DNA from: Octopus vulgaris | Lineage: Eukaryota | DNA length: 64,000 nucleotides | Direction of reading: 5' to 3' | Assembly (NCBI GenBank): GCA_951406725.2 | Contig: OX597826.1 | Location: 74,648,001-74,712,000 of the forward strand | Shown here: positions 1 through 14,970 of the stretch, piece by piece | Numbering within the stretch: position 1 is the first letter of the stretch | Layout: every line of letters starts with the position of its first letter | Notes under the pieces: generated by a model | The model's database searches: none | Told to the model about the DNA's origin: nothing | Seen by the model: only the letters and a program-made list of their open reading frames with translations | Position numbers and translations under genes: made by a program

Positions 1-52
1 GGTAGGTAGGTAGGTAGGCAGGTAGGTAGGTAGGTAGGCAGGTAGGTAGGTA
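1..52 (+). repeat. (GGTA)n tetranucleotide microsatellite
   Basis: Direct repeat of GGTA with two GGCA variants. Confidence 0.95.
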
Positions 53-337
53 AACCTTTCCATTTCATTCGTGTAGTCGATGGAAGGGTAAATTGAGGAC
101 AGAGTAAAAGGTAAAAAAAAAAGGTGTCTTGCGGAAGGGGGTGAAAAAGGGAAGTAGGAAGTAGAGAGAGAAGGGTGGGAAGAGAGGGAGAGAGAGAGAA
201 TAGAAGTGGAAAAGAGGAAATGAGGAGAATCGCGGCGGAAGTGAGGGGGGGGGGAGAAAAGGAAAGAAAAGTGGAGAGGATAAATAAATGAGATTGCTGG
301 AAATCATTGTTGTGAGAGGAACGAAGACAAGAGAGTG

Positions 338-413
338 GATTGAGAGAGAGAGAGGGGGGAGGAGGGAGAGGGAGAGAGAGAGACAAACAGAGACAGAGAG
401 AGAGAGAGACAGA

Positions 414-447
<34 letters not shown>

Positions 448-558
448 CAGACAGACAAACAGAGCGAGAGAGAGAGAGAGAGACAGACAGAGAGAGACAG
501 ACAGAGAGAGAGAGACAGAGAGAGAGAGAGGCAGAGACAGACAGACAAACAGAGACAG

Positions 559-589
<31 letters not shown>

Positions 590-879
590 CAGACAGAGAG
601 AGACAGAGAGACAGAGACAGACAGACAAACAGAGACAGAGAGAGAGACAGACAGACAGAGACAGAGAGAGACAGAGAGAGACAGAGACAGAGAGAGACAG
701 ACAGACAGACAGACAGAGAGAGAGAGAGAGAGAGGAAAAACGAAAGAAGAAACAAAAGGAAAGAAAGAAGAAAAGAAGTGTAGGAAGAAATGTGAGAAAT
801 GAGAGAAATGTAGTGGTGAAGGGTAGTAAGAAGACGGATAAATAAGAAGATATTGATGGAGAGAGATAGAGAAAAAAGA

Positions 880-943
<64 letters not shown>

Positions 944-962
944 TTTGTGTGCGTGCGTGTGT
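338..962 (+). repeat. Compound (GA)n/(GACA)n tract followed by (GT)n
   Basis: Seen directly; it explains the low-complexity ORFs 65..1141, 288..845, 304..993 and 340..783. Confidence 0.95.
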
Positions 963-1152
963 GCCAGTGGGTATTCCCACCACTGCTTGACAACCGGCGT
1001 TGGTGTGTTTACGTTTCCATAACTAAGCAGTTCGGCAAAATTGACCGATAGAATAATTATCAAACTTAAAAAAAAAATCCTGGGATCGATTTGTTTGACT
1101 AAAAATCCTTCAAGAAGGTGCCCTAGCATGGCCGCAATCAAATAACTGAAAC
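950..1152 (+). mobile_element. SINE family A, 3' half
   Basis: GCTTGACAACC...GTTCGGCAAAA...GATCGATTTG...GCATGGCCGCA...CTGAAAC matches the 3' half of the full copies at 4486 and 23444. Confidence 0.85.
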
Positions 1153-1274
1153 AGGTTTTATTTTACGTCTTATTATTATTCAAGTAATTAGTCATGTAAT
1201 TAACCAATTTACAAACCGATAATCTGTCTAATCTTTTCATTAACCAATCATTAATCAATCAATTTCGTTCCGTC

Positions 1275-1765
1275 GCCAATCGCGAAATTTAGTGTGCATT
1301 ACTCTGAGAACATCAGAAAGATCCGTGCATGACCTTGTGTCAATTCTTCTGTGAAACGGTCGGTAGGAGGTTTGTTTATTTTTTTCATCAGAGAAGAACG
1401 AAAACATGCCACCATATTCGCAAGAGCTTTTTAAAACTTTATTAAGATTCGATGACCTTCCTGCATCTTTGGAGACATGAATCACTCTTCCGCAGTACAT
1501 ACGACTTATATCGAAGACCCTCGTCCACTCCGACATCTGAAGTTCAATATTCATGGCTCTCAATGATTTTTCGGAATCATTGATACTGTTTCGAAATCGT
1601 TCGATGAATTGCAGCGTTCAAAATACAGTGCCCCAACATTTAGAACTTTTTCTTTAATCCTTTGATAGAATTGAAACAATCCCGCCAGAGGTTTCCTATT
1701 CTATCCAAACATTTTGTACAAAATATCTTGCAGCATTTTAAAAAATTTCTTGTGTTAGTATTTTA
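1275..1765 (-). pseudogene. Decayed Tc1/mariner-superfamily transposase (HTH region to first catalytic Asp)
   Basis: Minus-strand translation gives ARYFVQNV..ETSGG, KSLRAMNIELQMSEWT, FFSDEKN and SDVLRVMHTKF. FSDEK is the first D of the Tc1/mariner DDE/D triad. Stops and frameshifts are present. Confidence 0.75.
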
Positions 1766-1956
1766 TTGGGCATGGGGGATCCCCACCCCAAGGCCTTTTA
1801 TTTGGTTTGAAGAGAATACGATAAGTGTGTGTGTGTGTGTATGTAGCGGGATGTCATTGTGAGAAAGACCATGCGTTTAAGGATCATTTCCTAAGTGTGT
1901 ATCGTAACAGCTTACAACTATATATGTGACATGTATATATATATACACATACACAA

Positions 1957-1989
<33 letters not shown>

Positions 1990-2011
1990 CACACGTTACA
2001 TGTGCATACGT

Positions 2012-2097
<86 letters not shown>

Positions 2098-2102
<5 letters not shown>

Positions 2103-2310
2103 TAATCCAAACATGAAAGCACAAAAAAACACAACAACGCGAGGACGTGGAAAAAATATAGTATTATTGGACGCTCAGGAAAGAAGGAAAGAAGGAGGGT
2201 TTAACGTTTCGAGCGGAGATCTTCGTCGGAAACATAGGAGAAGGAAAGATCCAGAGAAGGGAAGACAGAGGAAAAAAAATCGCCAACGGTACACACGAGG
2301 TCACATTTTG
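2098..2310 (-). mobile_element. ~210-bp HHR-bearing repeat (family H1), core mutated to CCGACGA
   Basis: Reverse complement of the copies at 14665 and 56757; flanked by (TA)n on both sides. Confidence 0.8.
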
Positions 2311-2322
2311 AAATATATATAT

Positions 2323-2356
<34 letters not shown>

Positions 2357-2430
2357 AACACACGTGTGTCTCAGTGTGCTGTCGAGAAACGAGGGAATTA
2401 GACAACTGAAGCGACATATTTGTGTGTACG

Positions 2431-2466
<36 letters not shown>

Positions 2467-2804
2467 CGTGTATGTGTGTACGTGTGTGTGTGTGTGTACG
2501 AGTGCGTGTGTGTGTGTGTGTGCGTGTATGTGTGTACGAGTGCGTGTGTGTGTGTAAAAGATAATAGGAGGGAGGAGAGCGTGGAATGTCGGTCAGAAAG
2601 GGAAGTAACATGGTGTGTGGTGTCAACGCCTGTGTGTGTGTGTAAGCGTGTGCGCTGATGTGATGCAGTGTGTAGATTTGGTGTTCTGTGCATGTTCGTT
2701 TGCGTATATGTGTGTGTGTGTGTTCTAGTGCATATGTGCGTTTGTTTGTTGGGAAGAATGTGTACGATGAGTGTGTGTGTGTGTGTGTGTAAGTAGAGGG
2801 ATGT

Positions 2805-2849
<45 letters not shown>

Positions 2850-2899
2850 AGAAAGGAAACAAAAGTGTGTGAGGTCTGTGTGTATACTTGTACATCTGT

Positions 2900-2965
<66 letters not shown>

Positions 2966-3207
2966 ATGTGAATGTGCGTAGCAAAATGAAAGTGTGAGAG
3001 AAACAGGGAAGGCGGGAATAAGTGAATAGAAATGGAGAAAAAGAATATGGCGTGTGTGTGTGTGTGTGTGCGCGCAAAGGCATGTATGTTAATGTTTACG
3101 CAGCCTCTGCACACATGTGTGCAAATGTGTGTGTGGCTATGTGTCACAGCACGAATAAATACGTATTTATGTGCAAATGTGTATATAAGCGAATATTTTG
3201 TGTGTCA

Positions 3208-3390
<183 letters not shown>

Positions 3391-3927
3391 ACAAGTATGT
3401 TTATATGTAATGTAATTCATACCTATGTACACTCACACACACACACACACTCACACAGATACACACACATACGAAAGCCAGTGCTGGCAGAGCCACTCCC
3501 AAATAGACTTCAGAGATTTCGGTTCAAAACCACATTTCGCAAGTATGGAGACACACACACATTACTTGATACGTACAGGCATACAGACAGACAGGCAAAC
3601 ATTCAGTGAGATGTGTGTGCGTGCGTGCATGTGTACGTGTGTGTGTTTGTACGTGTGTAACATTTGCATTTAATATGAAATGTTTTACAAATCGTCAAAA
3701 TTGCCAAGAATACTTCTTTCTCCTTAACGAATCATTTCGGTCTGAATGTCTGTTCGTAAAGCGGGAGGGAGATCGTTAAGAGAATAACTAGATCTCGTAG
3801 CAATAATTCTATAAGCGTTCTTGTAGAAGAAATCGCCATTAAGAATTTGAAAAAAAAAAAAAAAAAAAAATAAATTTTGTCTGGATTTCTGCGATGAAGA
3901 ATTACCGTTATTATATACAGATAAAAG

Positions 3928-4347
3928 CCTGCAGACTCGTTAGCAACGTTGGACAAAATTCCTAACAGTATTTCGTCTGTTTTTACGGCCTGAACACAAG
4001 TTCCGTCGAGGCTGACTATACCTTTTACCTATTCGGGAACCGATAGAATAAGTACCAGTCATGTACTGGGAATGATCTAATCGACTGGCTCCCTCCCCTC
4101 AAAAACTGATGGCCCTGTGCCAAAACTTGAAACCATTACGATACAGAATCGTTTGCATGCCGGGCGATGATGCTTAACGGCATTTCGTCTGTCTTCATGT
4201 CCTGAATTCAAATTCCGCCGAGGTGGACTTTGCCTTTCATCCTTTCGGGGTCGATAAATTAAGTACCAGTTTAAAACTGTGGTCGATGTAATTGACTTAC
4301 CGCCTCTCCGAAATTGATGGCCTTGTGCCAAAATTTAAAAGCATTAT
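3928..4347 (+). mobile_element. Two adjacent old SINE family B copies (short-tail type)
   Basis: Both carry the GCAGAATCGTTAGC-like head, the GACTTTGCCTTTCATCCTTTCGGGGTCGATAAA-like core and the GGCCTTGTGCCAAAA tail. Confidence 0.8.
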
Positions 4348-4485
4348 CTCCGCCGTTGTCTCTCTTTTGCCTCCTTCGACTATAATCGAACGTACTATCA
4401 ATTGCACGATGTGGGCAATGGAAGATTAATGAAGAAAGGAAGAGAGAACAATAAGTCTACGATCAAAAAATAATTTGGATATTAT

Positions 4486-4860
4486 AGGCACGGGAGTGGC
4501 TGTGTGGTAAGAAGCTTGCTTCCCAACCACATGGTTCCAGGTTCAGTCCCACTGCGTGACACTTTGGGAAAGTGTCTTCTACTATAGCCTCGGTCCTACC
4601 AATGCCTTGTGAGTGGATTTGGCAGTCGGAAACTGAAAGAAGCCCATCGTATATGTGTGTGTGTGTGTGTGTGTGTGTATGTATGCATGTTTTTTACGCC
4701 ACCATCGTTTGACAACCGATGCTGGTGCATTTACGTTCCCGTAAACTAGCGGTTCGGCAAAAGATACCGATAGAATAAGTCCTGGGATCGATTTGCTCGA
4801 CTAAAGGTGGTGCCTCAGTATGGCCGTTGTCAAATGACTAAAATAATAATAAAAAGAACA
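4486..4860 (+). mobile_element. SINE family A, full length
   Basis: tRNA-like A box TGGCTGTGTGGT and B box GGTTCAGTCCC, internal (TG)n, and a 3' stem-loop tail shared with a LINE. Confidence 0.85.
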
Positions 4861-6224
4861 AAATACTCAAATAGGACAGTAACTACAAGAAGATATTCTT
4901 CAACCAAGTGTTAAATGCAACTGTTTCGCTTCTATATCACAACCAAGATTAGTTCTGCCTAATGATGTAGACCATCGTCATATGCGACTGACATGGTCGT
5001 ACCGTCACAAGGGTTCCAATGGCAAAGTACCCTCATCAATCGATGGAAATAGTTGCAGTGATGTTCTACGGATGTTCGCGTCTTCTCCTCATCTGAGAAA
5101 AAGACCTGCGCGGAGCTGTCAGTTTGATCATCGATGGCCCATCAATGTGGTAAGGGGCACCAGTAGCAGATATTTATGCTTGATCTGACATATACTTCCG
5201 TTTTTCTCTTTTTTTTTTTTACGTCCTTGTTTTCGTATACATTCACTGCTTCCTTCCAAGGAATCTAGTGCTCTTAGCTTAGATTTTCCTTGGGGCTGAC
5301 CAGATTGGAGCAGACTCGAGTATAACCAGCCGAAACTGCAAAGACAGTCTGGAACTCAACAGACGAAAGAAGACTCCGAATGACCCGTCCTTGTTTTTTC
5401 TTGTCCCATTTTTGTATCATCTGTCTGGATTATTTGTTGTCGCCTGTTGCGTTCTTGCCCTATTTTTTGTATTCTTTTTTATATACTTCGTTAAACTGAA
5501 TATGTTAAAGTCTACACGTACTTACTTGTATTTAGTAAGCAGAACTCTCCCCAGAAGAATTTTCCATTAGTCATATTGAGGGTACCATGATACGTTTCTG
5601 ACATGTTTCTGAGAATGTATGAATATCATGTAACAACACCTCGTCCTCGTGAACATGTTAATTAAATATGCATTACACTATGTATTACATTAAGCATAAT
5701 CAACTGTGTGCGGGTATATATGAACATGCATACATACATACAGACATATATATATCGGTCTAAGTATCTTATTTAATGTAAATACACCTGGGACGAATTT
5801 TCGTCTCCCTGCTATATTTATGTGTTTTTAACTCACCACGACCGTAAGAGATGCAATCCGAAGAGAAATACAATATTAAGTATCCTGTCAACGGTCTATA
5901 TACTTTAAGTATGATACATAGATAGCAATTTTAATGCAATACTGCCTCAATTGCATATACCGAACACATACACACATATTTGTATGTATGTATGTATGTA
6001 TGTATGTATGTATGTATGTATGTATGTATGTATGTATGTATGTATGTATGTATGTTTGTATGTATGTATGTATTTATAGTTTAATCATGAAAACTGCTTT
6101 GGGCTAAAATATTGTGATTTTGATATTTTTTCCCAAAATATTAGAGTATGTGAGTAACGAGTTTTTTTTTCATTCTGTAATATCTATATATATCTATATC
6201 TATATCTATATCTATCTATATCTA

Positions 6225-6364
<140 letters not shown>

Positions 6365-8327
6365 GAATGGGTTTCGCTTTGAAAGAAACGACGGAGGTTA
6401 ACAGCACAACGCACCACACAGCGGGCGATGTATGCGATATTATATGCTTCGTCTACGTAAATATAGTTCAGTTGTTTAAACTAATCCTCACAGCATGACG
6501 ATGTTTACATACACAAAACAAATGATGAAGTATTGTGTCTGAGACATCGCACACAACTACCGCCATTAAACTACCACCACACTGTCGACATGCTTTCACA
6601 ACCTGCTTAACATTGCGGTATTTTAATGTTCGGTACATTGTTTATTATTCGTACTACACCTTCGTCTATCAACTTGCATCTGGTACAATAACGGCTATGC
6701 CACATATCCTGTTACTTACAGGCTTTGAATGTCATTGTTTCTACCATTCTGTCCTTCAAAGTTAACAAATACCCAGGGTCACCGTTCTTCACAAGAATAT
6801 TGTGGCCGTTGAGGTTTATACCCTCGTCTATGCTGAAATCACATGGGCCACAATGAAGTTTCGTCGGTGATTTTTAGCCGAGGTTTCTCGTTTGAGGAAG
6901 TCTGAGAGACACCAATATCAATCTATTACAGTGGCCGCAGAATCTGAGTAGTGCTTTCTTTATCGACCAACGAAGGATGAAAGAAAAGTAGACATCAGCT
7001 GGGTGAGGACAGAGAACATAAAATGACCACGTGACCAGTTATAGGGGTGCTAATTCAGTAGATCCGAGTACTTGATACGTAGTTTATTGTAATCGATCCC
7101 GGAGGAGTAAAACGTATGCATATATGTTGGTATATATTTGTATATATTTGCATACATTTAATACGTTTATATGTCTCTTTAGTACACGAATAAGAAATAG
7201 ATTCACTTGTTAGTAAGAGTATATAGAGTTCGACTTTATTTTACAAGTAGAATCATGTTACCTCATGAGTCGGCTGTAGGTTGTGAGTTTTATCAGCTGC
7301 ATTACACAACTATATTTCAATGTTCGACAAACTGTTTTACAACTCCTGCTGCACCATTTCCCCGATTTGCAGTTCGAAGTCCATTGGAACAGAGATATGC
7401 TTGAAAAGTTTCTTTCCGTTGGGGCATGATGAGAACATTTCGTCTCTCTTGTTCAACATACAGCGTTGTAGAAACACAATCTTGAAGTTTTCAATCGTTA
7501 GCAATGACAGAGGCTACCATAACCATTGTATGCCTCTCTATTTGCGACTCTACTTCATTTTATCGCGGGGTTGCTTTCTACTGTCGTTGAGAAACGAAAC
7601 ACGTTTCACAAGTGATGTTGCATTAAAATTATTTCTAGATCTAAACGAAGGAATGAACTGTGTTGCTCTACAACTGAAGGTGTTACATGAAGCACTTATA
7701 ATGAGCGTGAGGAAAGGATCTGGGAAAGAAATCTCAGAGAAGATAATAAATTGGGTGAAAGAGGAAAGGAAAAGACAAATGGAAGAGAGACGGGGCAGAA
7801 TGGAGGGAGAGGGGGGGAGAGAGAAGTGAAATGTGTTGCATAATATTATTGATTCGTTTATAATTAAAGGAGAGGTAGTTTGGTAATCAAGTACAAACTT
7901 GCAGACAATTTGATTAACGGCCCAACCAGTCCGAACCAGGTTTAATGCTGTTTGAAGGCTTTCAAAGTTAATTCTTAAAACACTTTTAACTCGTTAATGT
8001 GCCTCTCCCTCCACCTCTCTTTCTTTGAATATTTAATTCAGATTAGATAATAACTCATTGGATGAATAGAAAACACTCGTCTTTTGACCAAACTGCGGTC
8101 AGAGGTTACTCAAGCTAACTCTTTATTGATTATAATCAATAATCAAATTCTTATCTAGGATTTGGAATATGTAAGCTGTAGAGAAATGCATCGATTATTA
8201 TTTCGCAGAGTTCGATTATTGCCTCACAGAAATTAATTATTCGATCTTCCTGAAGTAGATTCCACTGACCATTTGTCGATATTTGTATTCCATTATTCTG
8301 CATTGCAGCAAACAAAGATGAGTGTGT

Positions 8328-8516
8328 GGGAAGACGCATGGCTCAGGGGTTAGAGCGTCGAGCTTACGATCGTGAGGCTGTGAGTTCGTTACCCGGACCG
8401 GGCTGCATGTTGTGTTCTTGAGCAAGACACTTTATTTCATGTTGCTCCAGTTCACTCAGCTGTAGAAATGAGTTACGACATCACTGGTGCCAAGCTGTAT
8501 CGGCCCCTTTGCCTTC
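8328..8516 (+). mobile_element. SINE family D, 3'-truncated
   Basis: tRNA-like head GCGCATGGCTCAG..GGTTAGAGC...GAGTTCG, then GTGTTCTTGAGCAAGACACTTTA (CORE/Meta-like central domain). Confidence 0.85.
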
Positions 8517-8937
8517 ACTTCACCTGATTCGAGATACCGTTCGTCACCCCATCTCCGCTTTCACTACACCTGATTCGGTCTTGTAACCGATAGGGATACA
8601 TTTCCAGTGTTCCAGATTCTTCTGTATAATGGAGGGCTTGAGTTCTGCCAAATTAACCGTCCTATATATACGTGGAAAAGGAGTCCTTTCTGGACCCATA
8701 ATACATACTGCCTTTGTTGGTAGCAGTGAACAAGGGATTGGGACTACAACATCAAATAATGAAATACATAAATATATAAATAAATACATAAATATTTTCA
8801 TATACTGAAACAGCATCCAATAATTACATACGTACGAGCGCGCACACACACATACATATGCACGCACGCACACTCTCACACGCACACACACGCACATATA
8901 CATGTTTGCGTGCGTGTGTGTGTATGTATGTGTATGT

Positions 8938-9013
<76 letters not shown>

Positions 9014-9792
9014 GTGCGCACGTGCGCATACCGTCAAGTTTTCCTTTTTGCAGCCCGGATAATTGCATAAAATTTCAAAGAATCGAAACATTAAACATCA
9101 ATTCTGAATAAAATTGATCGCTTACTGGCATATGCAAATGAAGTTAATTTCGATTAATTGCATAATACTTGGCCCGATTAAAAAAAAAAAAATCTGGCGA
9201 ATTGTGCCATAAAAATGAGACGTAATTTAATACGAAGCAATACTGGAAGCTTGATATTTTCATGATGAGCTGAAACGAGAATAGTTGTCACTTCCTGTTT
9301 ACAAACAACCGATTTAAAAAAAGTCAATTGTATTCAAATTATTCTTACAATTTCAACGAATTATCATTATCGACTACTCTGTAACTGATCTAATTGGTTT
9401 TCTTTTTAATTAGTCTTAATTTAGTTGTTATGTAATTAATTGAAAGTATGTGAATGAAAGACAATATGGCGCCATGAATGTGGATAAGCTTCGGTAATTG
9501 ATTTGAAAAAAACGCCATGTGCGGTGTGTCAGAGGACAGTCAGATATATCAATAAAAATTGGACTGCGTAGAATATTTGTTATGGTGTGTACACAATAAG
9601 TACATAGGTTTTAAAAGGTGTTAAGTATTTGTTTTAATTTTATAAACCATCTAGACATAACTGCAAGGACATTCTACAAACAATATATTGAAATCTCGTA
9701 ATTCTTTGCCTGTTATGTGAATTTGGTCAATTTCATAAAAATTTCAACTAGTTCATTATATAAAGAAGTCCGTCCACGGAATAAAACAGTTA

Positions 9793-10068
9793 GAGTGGAA
9801 CCTTGGTTTATGAACAATTTTTCGAACATAAAATGTCTTGGGATGACGAACGGTGTCTCGAATAATGAACACGCAATCCGGCAACAACGGTTGATGCAAG
9901 TTGAGAGTATCAGCGGGAGAACGTCAGTTGTTTTCGCTCAGTGCGCATCCGTGGTCGAATTCACTGTACCTTCTCTTGAATTTCCTTGGGGGGGGGGGGG
10001 GGAATATAGTTTCGGTTTATGAAACGGCCTTCAGAAACGAATTAAATTCGTAAATCGAAACCCCAATT
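9793..10068. mobile_element. Tigger/pogo-like MITE remnant
   Basis: Left end TA-GAGTGGAACCTTGGTTTATGAAC and right end TTCGTAAATCGAAACCCCAATT-TA are imperfect inverted ends resembling CAGTGGAACC-type TIRs with TA flanks. Confidence 0.5.
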
Positions 10069-10164
10069 TACTAATCAACAAACGGATAGATCAAGTTACA
10101 GATCAATAAAGACATAATACAACGCAATGAATACAGATACACTACACCCATTAAATATACAAGC

Positions 10165-10475
10165 CATGCACAAAATGTTTGTTCTCGAGTCATGCGTGGC
10201 TCATAAGGGCCGGTTTCCCGGTTTCCTTGGCGTATAGGTTCCCCACCTGGACGGGACGCCGGTCCGTCGCAGGTGAGCTGCAAGATGTAGGAGGGAAGAG
10301 TGAGAGAAAGTTGTGGCGAAAAAGTCAGCAGAAATTCGCCATTACCTTCTGCCGGAGCCGCGTGCAGCTTAGGTGTTTTCGCTCATAAACACACACATCA
10401 CCCGGTCTGAGATTCGAACCCCTGATCCCTCGACCACGAGTCTGCTGCTCTAACCACTAGGCCATATGCCTCCAC
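10165..10475 (-). mobile_element. SINE family C, tail type ii
   Basis: Head GTGGAGGCATATGGCCTAGTGGTTAG, body GAGCGAAAACACCTAAG, tail GCGACGGACCGGCGTCCCGTCCAGG...GAAACCGGGAAACCGG as at 40878. Confidence 0.85.
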
Positions 10476-10511
10476 ATACACAAAATGTATTACACGAATC
10501 AAAATATACTA

Positions 10512-10924
10512 CTAGACAAGCTATTTTGACCTTTGCTTCGCTCGGGTTTTGGTGGTGTTGTTGTTTTGTGCCTGTTGTCTCCTTTTCTCTTTCTTCTTTT
10601 GTTCGTCTTCTTTGTCTGGTTCTTTTTATTGCCCTCTTCTTATTCTTTTTCGTATTTTTAAAATTTTTCTTCGATTTTATCTTCTTTTTCTTCTTTCTCT
10701 TCTTCCACTCTTTTCTCCTTTTCCCATATTCCTCACCATGGCAACCAAACGCTAGCCCCGAGCGACTTGCAACCTTTCTCACACCATTGCCCACCCCATT
10801 TTACCCCCAGTGTACATTTTAGCACCTATCCGACCCCATCTACCGCCCCTTAAACCGTTCCCATCTCAAAATGAGACAACTAACCAAGAAATCAAACAAC
10901 GTTTTCGCATTTCAGCTTTATAGA
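10512..10924 (-). mobile_element. Non-autonomous Helitron candidate
   Basis: Minus strand starts A|TCTATAAAGCTGAA and ends CCCGAGCGAAGC...CTAG|T, the canonical TC...CTAG ends inserted between A and T; the subterminal hairpin is decayed. Confidence 0.55.
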
Positions 10925-11751
10925 TATTGAAAAACGAAGGCATTATCAAAAAACCCTTAAAACAAAGTACAAGACACATTACACAAAACCCGAAACTAAC
11001 ATAATAATACTATGGTCCATAAGTCCTAATAATACTATAGGGCCATAATTTATATTACAGGCCCATCAGTCATTGACGAAATTGTAGGGTCACTGTTGTG
11101 TATTGAGTATTTTTAGATCTGGCCGGGCCCATCCATTTCCAGATCTGTCCACAGTCGATTTCTTCCAGAAGGAGAAAAAGAAACAAAAAGAAAGGAAAAA
11201 TGTTGTGACAGAAGAATCGACACGAGTATAAAGCTGGTATTTTATTTATGGACCTCAAGATGAATTTGGTGATGTTTGAAATCAGGGTGCAGAATGATTG
11301 CTGCAAAGTAAAGTATTCGAGGCTTCGAAACAACTGTACGCTCATCTATAAATTTAGTGTCTCCGTTGGCATAAGAGGTAATCGGGTGTTCGACTGCTTG
11401 TTGCTACGTGACCCGTGTTTCGGCTGTTTTGAATATTTCAAACCATTCATTGATAGTAGTTACAGGCTAAATACTATTCGAATGCTGTACAGAAAACCTT
11501 CGGTGGTTTCAGTCTGCTGATCTTCGTCGAGCCCACAGAAAAAAGATTTACTGAACAACACTCTTTTTTGGGGAGTAAACTGAAGGTGAATCCGCTACAG
11601 TTATAGAACTAACAGCTCTTTATTGGACTATGACTAGGTGGAGACAACTCTTAGTGAATTGCACACAACCAATTTTCCCGCCAATAGCAAAATAAAAATA
11701 AAACTGAAAGTTCATTACGGATAATTAGCAACCTTTGTAAATGAGTGTGTG

Positions 11752-12090
11752 TAAAGGCGCATGGCTCAGTGGTTAGAGCGTCGAGCTTACGATCGTGAGG
11801 CTGTGAGTTCGATTCCAGGACCGGGCTGTGTGTTGTGTTCTTGAGCAAGACACTTTCTTTCCGTTGCTCCAGATAGCTCAGCTGTAGAAATGAGTTGCGA
11901 CATCACTGGTGCCAAGCTGTATCGGCCCCTTTGCCTTTCCCTTGGATAACATCAGAGGCGTGGAGAGGGAAAGATGAGATGCATGAGCGACTGCTGGCCT
12001 TCCACAAACAATCATGCCCGGACTTGTGTCTCGGAGAGTAACTTTCTAGATGCAATCCCATAGTCATTCATGACCGAAGTGGGGTCTCCT
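11752..12090 (+). mobile_element. SINE family D, full length
   Basis: Colinear with 8328 and 40006; ends ATGACCGAAG..GGGGTCTC before (TA)n. Confidence 0.85.
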
Positions 12091-12713
12091 CTATATATAT
12101 ATATATATATATATTTTTTTTACACATGCATACATATATGTTTACACACACACGCATATATACACACACACATGCATGCATACATACCCACATATATATT
12201 ACAACTTCAAAAACTCCGTTTACACAGAAGTTTGAGTGCGCGCGTTAGTGTGTGTGTGTGTGTATGTGTGGTGGGGTGTATGTGACACGTAATTCGGGTT
12301 GTAGGATGAAGGATGACACAGCAAAAAAGATGCTTAATGAAAATATGATTCCTGTGAAGCAGTAACCTTTTTCGAACGACCGTCCATTGACAATATGCCA
12401 ACTCTGTAAAATTGCTTGGGTTTCACAATTACCATTCTGTATAATCTGTATAATTACAGCTTCTCTACTATTAAGTATTTTATTACTGATACAAGGCTCA
12501 AAATCAGCAAGCGAAATGTCAGGTGAAAATGGCGGAAGCTGTGTATGTTTTGTGTTTGTACCACCCGGTGTTATTTTGTTTACGTTCCACTCAATTATAT
12601 GCTCGGCGAAATATACTATTAGAAGAAGAACTAGACTTAAAAATAACGACTGGGATCAATTTGCCCGACGTGTATGTATGTATATATATATATAAATATG
12701 TATATATATATAA

Positions 12714-12822
<109 letters not shown>

Positions 12823-12887
12823 TATGTGTGTATGTATGTATGTAAATGTACATGTATGTTTGCATATATATATATATATTTATATAT

Positions 12888-13331
<444 letters not shown>

Positions 13332-13717
13332 TATATATATATATGTATATTTATATAAAAATATAAATATATACATATATATAAATATATCTGTATATAT
13401 ATATAAATATATATGTATGTATATATATATATATATATAAACTATATATATATATATATTATTATATATATATATGTGTGTGTGTGTGTATTTGTGTGTG
13501 TGTATGTATTATGTATGTATGTATGTATGTATGTATGCATGTATGTATGCATGTATATATATATATATATTATATATATATCAGGTGGTACTGTTAAGTT
13601 AGACATGGCCTGGACTAAACTTTGGTCGAAACATATCTAAGTTATCTAACTTATATATATATATATATACGTATATATATGTTTGTATGTATGCATATAT
13701 ATATATATATATATATA

Positions 13718-13842
13718 ATCTCTGACGAAGCCTAGAGAAACACCCAAGTACCTCAATTTCATTTTACTAATTACTTCAGTCTACTGGAGGAATAAAGGTA
13801 GAATGAGGTATTTTTGCCTCTTGGCTGAAACAGCTGTAAGAT
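13718..13842 (+). ncRNA. Type I hammerhead motif with long stem II (family H3)
   Basis: ATCT-CTGACGA-AGCC...GGCT-GAAAC-AGCT-GTA-AGAT. The insert pairs AGCCTAGAG/CTCTTGGCT and AAGTACCTCA/TGAGGTATTT. It starts directly after (TA)n. Confidence 0.8.
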
Positions 13843-14081
13843 ATTTACCCAATTTATATTCATGTATGTTATATTTTAATAATTACTGGTATCTTTTTAT
13901 ATATATATTAATATATTTTATATGAAAAGCATAATATGTTATACAAGTTTGTATATTCTTGTAATTGTCATTTCAGTAGATAAATAAATAAGTTGACATA
14001 ATATAATGTCTAAAAGTTGATGAACCACCTATTGATCCCCTCCATTTCCTTATTGCTCTCTCCCTCTCTCTCTCTCTCTCT

Positions 14082-14121
<40 letters not shown>

Positions 14122-14197
14122 GTACATACACATACATACATATCTATCTATTCATATATATATATTCATACATATATATATACATATATATACATAC

Positions 14198-14242
<45 letters not shown>

Positions 14243-14267
14243 ATACATACATATATATACATACATG

Positions 14268-14329
<62 letters not shown>

Positions 14330-14575
14330 CCGTGCATATAAATAACATAGCGAGATACAAGAATATCAAATAACATGCAACAGATTCTCGATTTAATAAA
14401 ATTATCTCCACACATTCACTCACACACACACACACACATTCACACACTAAACAGTAATTGACAACATCCCTTATGGGAAGAAAAGATAATCATAAAAATC
14501 AAGAATTCTCCAAAATGAACATGCCACTTAGGAAAAGGAATGTTTTACAGTCTCGTGATAAGACATCTTACCTAT

Positions 14576-14609
<34 letters not shown>

Positions 14610-14664
14610 TGTATGTATGTATGTATGTATGTATGTACGTACGTATGCATGGATGGATGTGTGT

Positions 14665-14880
14665 GTGTGACCGCGTGTGTATCGTTGGCAATTTTCTTTC
14701 TCCGTCTTCCCTTCCTTGGATCTTTCCTTTTCCTATGTTTCTGACGAAGAGCTCCGCTCGAAACGTTAAATCCTCCTTCTTTCTTTCCTTTTCTGATCGT
14801 CCAATAACACTATACTTGTTCCACGTCCTCGCGTTGTTGTGTTTTCTCTTTGTGTTTTCATGTTTGGATTAACTACATAT
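14665..14880 (+). mobile_element. HHR-bearing repeat H1 with intact minimal core at 14738-14770
   Basis: TTT-CTGACGA-A-GAGC-TCC-GCTC-GAAAC-GTT-AAA; three copies in the window. Confidence 0.8.
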
Positions 14881-14906
14881 ATATATGTATGTATGCATGT
14901 AAATGA

Positions 14907-14970
<64 letters not shown>

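Noticed and set aside
65-1141. 358-aa ORF and the many YI/CV/TH/poly-I/poly-L/poly-V ORFs
   Set aside because: They are translations of microsatellites that lack stop codons; there is no domain content.
5185-5485. Possible HHR element (CAGACGA...CTCCGAAT..GTC)
   Set aside because: Two core mismatches and a weak stem II; not supportable from one copy.
7320-7829. 169-aa ORF in unique sequence
   Set aside because: No recognisable domain or splice signals, and it ends in a GA-rich low-complexity tract.
11490-11535. Minus-strand TCGACGAAGATC..GACTGAAAC (similar motif at 17275-17320)
   Set aside because: The core is altered and there is no valid stem III or cleavage triplet.
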